A stretch of DNA of 62,957 bases, the filler included, from Craspedostauros australis (taxonomy: Eukaryota), in NCBI GenBank assembly GCA_030167865.1. It is 13 parts of 13 records of this genome, joined end to end, with 100 filler letters (N's around TTAATTAATTAA, not from the genome) between each part and the next. Parts side by side here need not be neighbours in the genome. Positions count along the whole stretch, not along the records: positions 58,570 to 62,957 come from JALAGF010006640.1; 12 more parts are not named here. One strand, given 5' to 3'. Made by a program: the position numbers and the translations under genes. The notes under the pieces are model-generated. The model was not told the DNA's origin and made no database searches. It saw only the letters and a list, made by a program, of their open reading frames with translations. The stretch's first letter is position 1. Every line of letters starts with the position of its first letter. Below, in pieces: positions 60,989-62,957 of the stretch.

Positions 60989-62957
60989 CCCCCCCGAGTG
61001 AGTCGACCTGCAGTCCGGAATAAGGCATGTCAACTTTTTATGGATATACAACAAAACGACCACATATTCAAAATCTTTACCATCGCGTTATAAAGTAAAA
61101 ATAAAGTCCAGGTGGTTAAAGAGTATATTTTAAGTTTTATCGACCATTCATTGATTTGTGGTCCCACGAGTCTAAGTCAACGATACGGCGCCTTGATTTT
61201 GGAATGTTCTATGATGTTCTGTGCGAAATCCCGGAGGTGTCTATTCACGCTAGTGTTTCGGGTGTGTCATCCCAACTCGGTCGTTTGGAACGCGTTAATC
61301 CCGCGTTAGCACTGGTAACAACAATCGGCGTTTTGAGCCTCCACAAACTGAACACATCACAAAGATGACAACACATCACACAGTCATCATCTGCCCACAA
61401 AATCCATCGTCACGTTTTGGCGCCGATTCAGTGTCTGCTCAGGTCATGTTATGTGTAGTCGTAGTATTGTTCTGCACGCACGGCCATTGTACAAACGGTA
61501 TGAGTAGTGCTGCTGTTACCAGCTATGGAAGTTGTCGTTGTTGCACCCTTGTGTGCCTGTCACTGCATCATCTTGTCGGGTCACTTTCCCCCAAACTCGT
61601 GCATGCCATCCACCCAACCACACCAACATCTCTACTCCACCGTCACCAACATCATGCTCCTCTCCTCCGCCGCCAAAGCCCTTTCCAAGGATGGAAACCC
61701 CTCGCCAAGTAAGAAACCTCGTTCCGCTCGACTTGCGTCTGCTCCTCCTTTCGACTCCAAGGGGAATCTGCTTCCTGTCACGGAGCAGTTGTTGCCTGAC
61801 AAGCCATCTACTGTGTTGCGCAAGCCGATCACCATCAAGCAAGTTGTTGGTGTGAAGCCCATGCAGGCAGCTGACAGCGGCCTTGTCCCAAACGATGCGG
61901 ATGCACATGCTCATGAGCTCCACGTCTACGTACACATCGTAGACGATAAGGGAGGCATCATCGACGACTCACATGTTGAGGTGCATTCGGAGGGACGAGG
62001 TGTCAGTAATGCAACAGTGGTTAACGTTACCGTGAACGTGCCGCCTCCTGACGCGCCTCTCACCAACCCACCCAGCCCTGGCAGATCTCCCCTGCGCCCT
62101 CGGCCGGTTGCATTGGAGGCTGATTGCGATGGTGACAGTGACGAGGACTACGTGGACGGACGCAATCGCAGGAAGACGCGAACCAACAAGAAGCGCAAGG
62201 ACGGTCGCTCGAAGTCAGGCAAAAAGCATGCAGAGGAGTGGCGCCACGATGCAGTAGTTGCTGTCATGGATGCGCTTAACTCTAACAGCGACCCTGACGT
62301 TTTGAAGCTGATGCCAAAGAAAGGATTCGTTCTTGGGAGCGCATACGACAGGCAAACTTGGAGTAAAACTAAACAGGTGTGGGTCATGGTTGCTTGTGCA
62401 CTCTGGCATGTTCTCCTCCCTGGAGAGGAGGTACCCACTTGCCAGATGGAGCAGGTTGTGCCATTTGTCCGCGCTCACGTGGACTTGCCACCAGTAGCAC
62501 TGGGACCTAACTTCTACACCATTTGCCTTCGTGGTAACGAAACACTGGCCACCGCTGCGAGAGCCGTTCTCGCGGCGTCTGCGTCACCGTCAAACTGCTC
62601 CGCTCTCCTGTCGAACCACTTGGAGGGATTGTCCGAGGAACAGCGGGGACGTGTCAAACCGAAACGCAAATTCATGACGCGCAGCCAACTCACTACATTG
62701 CGGTGCTACTACGGCATGTTGTGCGAAGGGGAGATGCTGCCGGACAGAGTTCTTCAGTATCGAGTGAGTGCATGCGCTCTTTCTGGCGTCGTCTCCTTTC
62801 TCATCACCACGACAACGTACAAACCTGGCTTGTGTCACACGGTGCGGTGGGCTGGGTTGGAGTTTGAGAATGTCCCTGTGTTCGATCGTGGCGGAACTAC
62901 GATCACAGAATTATTCGGCATGTATTCGGGCACGACCAATAACCCCGTCGGAATGCC
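60989..62957 (+). mobile_element. Sola3-like DNA transposon, 5' terminus and start of gene
   Basis: CCCCCCC-GAGTGAGTCGACC at 60989-61008 and CATATTC at 61063, as in the other termini. Confidence 0.7.
61603..62957 (+). CDS. Sola3-like transposase N-terminal part, open to the window edge (absent from the ORF track)
   Basis: Manual translation MPSTQPHQ..EQLLPDKPSTVLRKP..LQYRVSACALSGVVSFLITTTTYKPGLCHTVRW..NVPVFDRGG has no stop and matches 53100-54365. Confidence 0.85.
   Translation, partial: MPSTQPHQHLYSTVTNIMLLSSAAKALSKDGNPSPSKKPRSARLASAPPFDSKGNLLPVTEQLLPDKPSTVLRKPITIKQVVGVKPMQAADSGLVPNDADAHAHELHVYVHIVDDKGGIIDDSHVEVHSEGRGVSNATVVNVTVNVPPPDAPLTNPPSPGRSPLRPRPVALEADCDGDSDEDYVDGRNRRKTRTNKKRKDGRSKSGKKHAEEWRHDAVVAVMDALNSNSDPDVLKLMPKKGFVLGSAYDRQTWSKTKQVWVMVACALWHVLLPGEEVPTCQMEQVVPFVRAHVDLPPVALGPNFYTICLRGNETLATAARAVLAASASPSNCSALLSNHLEGLSEEQRGRVKPKRKFMTRSQLTTLRCYYGMLCEGEMLPDRVLQYRVSACALSGVVSFLITTTTYKPGLCHTVRWAGLEFENVPVFDRGGTTITELFGMYSGTTNNPVGM

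Overview
This window is eukaryotic DNA, very probably from a diatom. It is not contiguous: 13 small, gappy scaffolds are joined by twelve 100-nt spacers (N44-TTAATTAATTAA-N44), so adjacency across a spacer has no biological meaning. Diatom origin is inferred from signal peptide + F/L plastid-type presequences, CoDi-type Ty1/copia elements, a KxxK lysine-cluster tail and diatom-type protein families. Host genes: ATG6/Beclin-1, a carotenoid cleavage oxygenase, an intron-containing isocitrate lyase/PEP mutase family enzyme, two PS-repeat surface proteins and a Cys/His-motif regulatory protein. Most of the rest is mobile DNA. (i) Three copies of a Sola3-like DDE transposon whose termini can be matched across scaffolds and lack TTAA flanks, plus a fourth related terminus. 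(ii) An apparently intact PIF/Harbinger (IS5-like) element with at least 0.95 kb of inverted repeats built from CATC/GATC microsatellite, carrying 2-3 unknown ORFs convergent on the transposase. (iii) A full-length decayed copia element with 162-bp LTRs, a GCAGG TSD and a chromodomain-like segment. (iv) Other copia and piggyBac fragments and two related 0.8-kb LTRs. (v) A mosaic 181-182-bp satellite array. Family assignments come from motif recognition by eye; no searches were run. No rRNA, tRNA or CRISPR array was seen.
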